From: Moniliella sp. 'wahieum'
Lineage: Eukaryota
Direction of reading: 5' to 3'
DNA length: 64,000 bases
Assembly: GCA_003971905.1 (NCBI GenBank)
Contig: RSEE01000018.1
Coordinates: forward strand, 186,001 to 250,000
Made by a program: the position numbers and the translations under genes. Position 1 is the stretch's first letter. Each line of letters starts with the position of its first letter. The notes beneath the pieces are model-generated. The model ran no database searches. It had not been told where the DNA came from and saw only the letters and a program-made list of their open reading frames with translations. Shown here piece after piece: positions 61,872 through 64,000 of the stretch.

Positions 61872-64000
61872 AAGATTAAGGGACCAGGGGGATCGCCAGG
61901 ATATCAGGACCCCGGGCTCACGCCATCCGGTCCCGTACCCTAGGAAGCGCGTGTGGACACGAGGAACGTGGTTGACATACGAGCGAGGAACCATTTCCAC
62001 TGAGACTTAGTAGCCAACTCCTTCCAATGCGCAAACAACTGCCCGCCGTCTTGGTGCCGTAGTATCCTCGCGTCTCGTCAAACCAGGGGGAAAAACGGTT
62101 CTTGAGTGCGTCCCTGGTACTTGGCGTTCTTGTCGCATTCTGCTTGTTCAAGCAGCCGAAGCAGTTCCTTCTCCCGGCGTTCCAAAGGCGACGCAGTGCT
62201 CTCATGCACCACCCGCCGGTACGCGTTCTGCGCCTCCTGCGATCCCGTGTCGCGCAGCGTGTGGTCTACCTCCATTCCGGTTCCTCCCAGTGCTCCGGGC
62301 CCCATCACACGGTAATCGTGCGCTGTGCCTTCCGTCCGCGCCTCGTCCCCTCCTCTTCCTCCACCATAGGTTCGTTGTGGACGTGGGTGTCGGGGATGGA
62401 GCGGAGGAGCTGAGAATGGGCCTCCCGCCTGCCTCATGCAACGCACCAAACTTGGCCTGGGTGCGGGTGCAGGACATGATGTGTTCCAGCGAGGACATGA
62501 CGCCGCACTTGCACATGCTGCGCGTGGTGCGGCACAGCGTGCGGAGCTGGAGACCAACCTGACCTGCTGGTCAGAGAGCTTGAGGTACGGGACGGATGGA
62601 ATGGCGGAGAGCCAGTTGTGGCTCAGCGGGTTGCTGTGCTCAACCACATGGCGACCGTCGGCATCGTCCAGCTTCTGGAGCAGCTCCTGTCCTGTCGACT
62701 TTGCTCCCACATCTCGCGGCAGCGCTGGCGTTGCTTCGTAAATGCGTTGGCCCTTGCCGTTTGCGGTCCCGAACGGTCAACATAAGTGGTAATGAGATAG
62801 TCGTTGACCTCGTTGGCCGCGGCACGGGCGTGGGGCGCGATATACGAGTAAAGCGGGCTGCCACATCCTCCCAGCCGAAGAGGCAGGCTCATGCATGTCG
62901 AAGTGGTCGTCCTTGGTACCTTGGGGGTCCTCGTCGCCCCGGATCCGTCTGAACTCCGTACAGATGAAGGCATCAATCTCGGCCAGCACGTCGTCTAGCT
63001 CTCCTTCCATCTGCATGGTGCGGAGCAGGTGGCGCAGCTTGGTCTGAGTGCTGAGCCGCCATAGTAAGAGGCGTCCCTGGCGGGTGATGCCATCAAACTT
63101 AGGCATGTTTCTCCCTCAGACTGGCCAGTTGGGCCCGGAGCCACGATCGACGACAGTCTACCCCTCCCACACAAGTGCCAACCTGCAGACCATCCCCCCC
63201 GAATCTGGTCCCGGTCCCGCTCGACACACTTACGCAGGTTGAGCTTGAGGCCTGACGCGTCGTCTTCCAAAAGCTCCGCGGCTAGGCCGGTAATGCCTGG
63301 CCCTGGACCGAAAATCGTAATGTCGTCCAGGTATGCCATCACCAGGTGCCCCGGCGGCAGGTCCTGTTCCAGTTTCTCCAGCGTGGGCGCACTGCAATGG
63401 AGAAGAAAAAGGGGGCGAGGGGTCGCCCTGCCGTACGCCCTCTGCCGACAGGACGTTGGTCTCATTTCCCCGCCCGACGCGACCCAGAGCTGGGTGGGGG
63501 AACCATAGATCCATCGGCCCAAGGTGAGGAGATGGGGGGCGTAGGCATGGACGCCTTGGCGAGTGTGCGACGGGCGCACAGTGTTGAAGGCGTTGGTAAG
63601 TCGAGCATGGCGACGTGGCTGAAGTCGCCCATTCCGCATCGTTCTCCCCGCCTGGCGCTGTCATGCGCTCGACCATCCGTACGATAGGCTCCACCCCGTT
63701 TTGCGGCTACTTCTACCCCAACTGGGTGGGAGAAGCCAGCGTTGGGGGCGATCGCTCGAGCGATGGCCTTGGCGCACAGGCGGTAGATCAGCTCCCCGCA
63801 GGCGATGGGGCGGATGCCTCCCGATGCCTTCTCCAGGGGGGTAAGGCGGAGGCCAACAGGAGCTCGCGTCCTGGGGCAGTGCCGTGGTAAATGCTCTTGG
63901 TGAGGGCGGTGAGAAAGCGACGAAGCGCTTGCATTCAAGGGCCGTTCTTAGGAGGGCTGGGTCCACCCGGATAGACCTGCCCCAACGTCGATTCTGAACG
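61872..64000 (-). mobile_element. Non-LTR retrotransposon of the CRE clade (Cnl1/MoTeR-like): RT, CCHC knuckle and restriction-like endonuclease; 5' part lies beyond the window
   Basis: RLTPLEKASGGIRPIACGELIYRLCAKA; D(L)TNAFN; GVRQGDP; AYLDD; GLKLN; WLSAIP..LSD; CKCG..LEHIMSC; HDY..EVD..K..KY..FFPLV. Coding ends at ~61940. Confidence 0.88.

Overview
Eukaryotic, GC-rich and intron-poor DNA. Short GT..CTGAC..AG introns and the gene content suggest a basidiomycete fungus, probably Ustilaginomycotina-like (inference). Almost every gene is broken by single-base indels, which most likely reflect an unpolished long-read assembly, so gene boundaries were stitched by eye. Recognisable genes: OCH1-like GT32, a MARVEL protein, PRM10/ThrE family, BCP1, ATM1, mitochondrial ThrRS, a divergent HSP70, GH20 beta-hexosaminidase, BDP1, a GLTSCR1-domain protein, GET1, SYF2 and casein kinase I, plus several hypothetical proteins. 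Mobile DNA: a perfect solo LTR (13185-14019, TSD TACTC) with at least three decayed relatives, two candidate MITEs, and the 3' half of a CRE-clade RLE non-LTR retrotransposon at the right edge. Most notable observations: (1) an atypical, possibly dead HSP70 bracketed by two ~0.9-kb LTR-family copies in inverted orientation; (2) a window-wide intergenic signature of tandemly duplicated, self-complementary NN-TNA-NN heptamers; (3) a ~110-bp dispersed sequence that ends at the apparent 3' junction of the CRE element.
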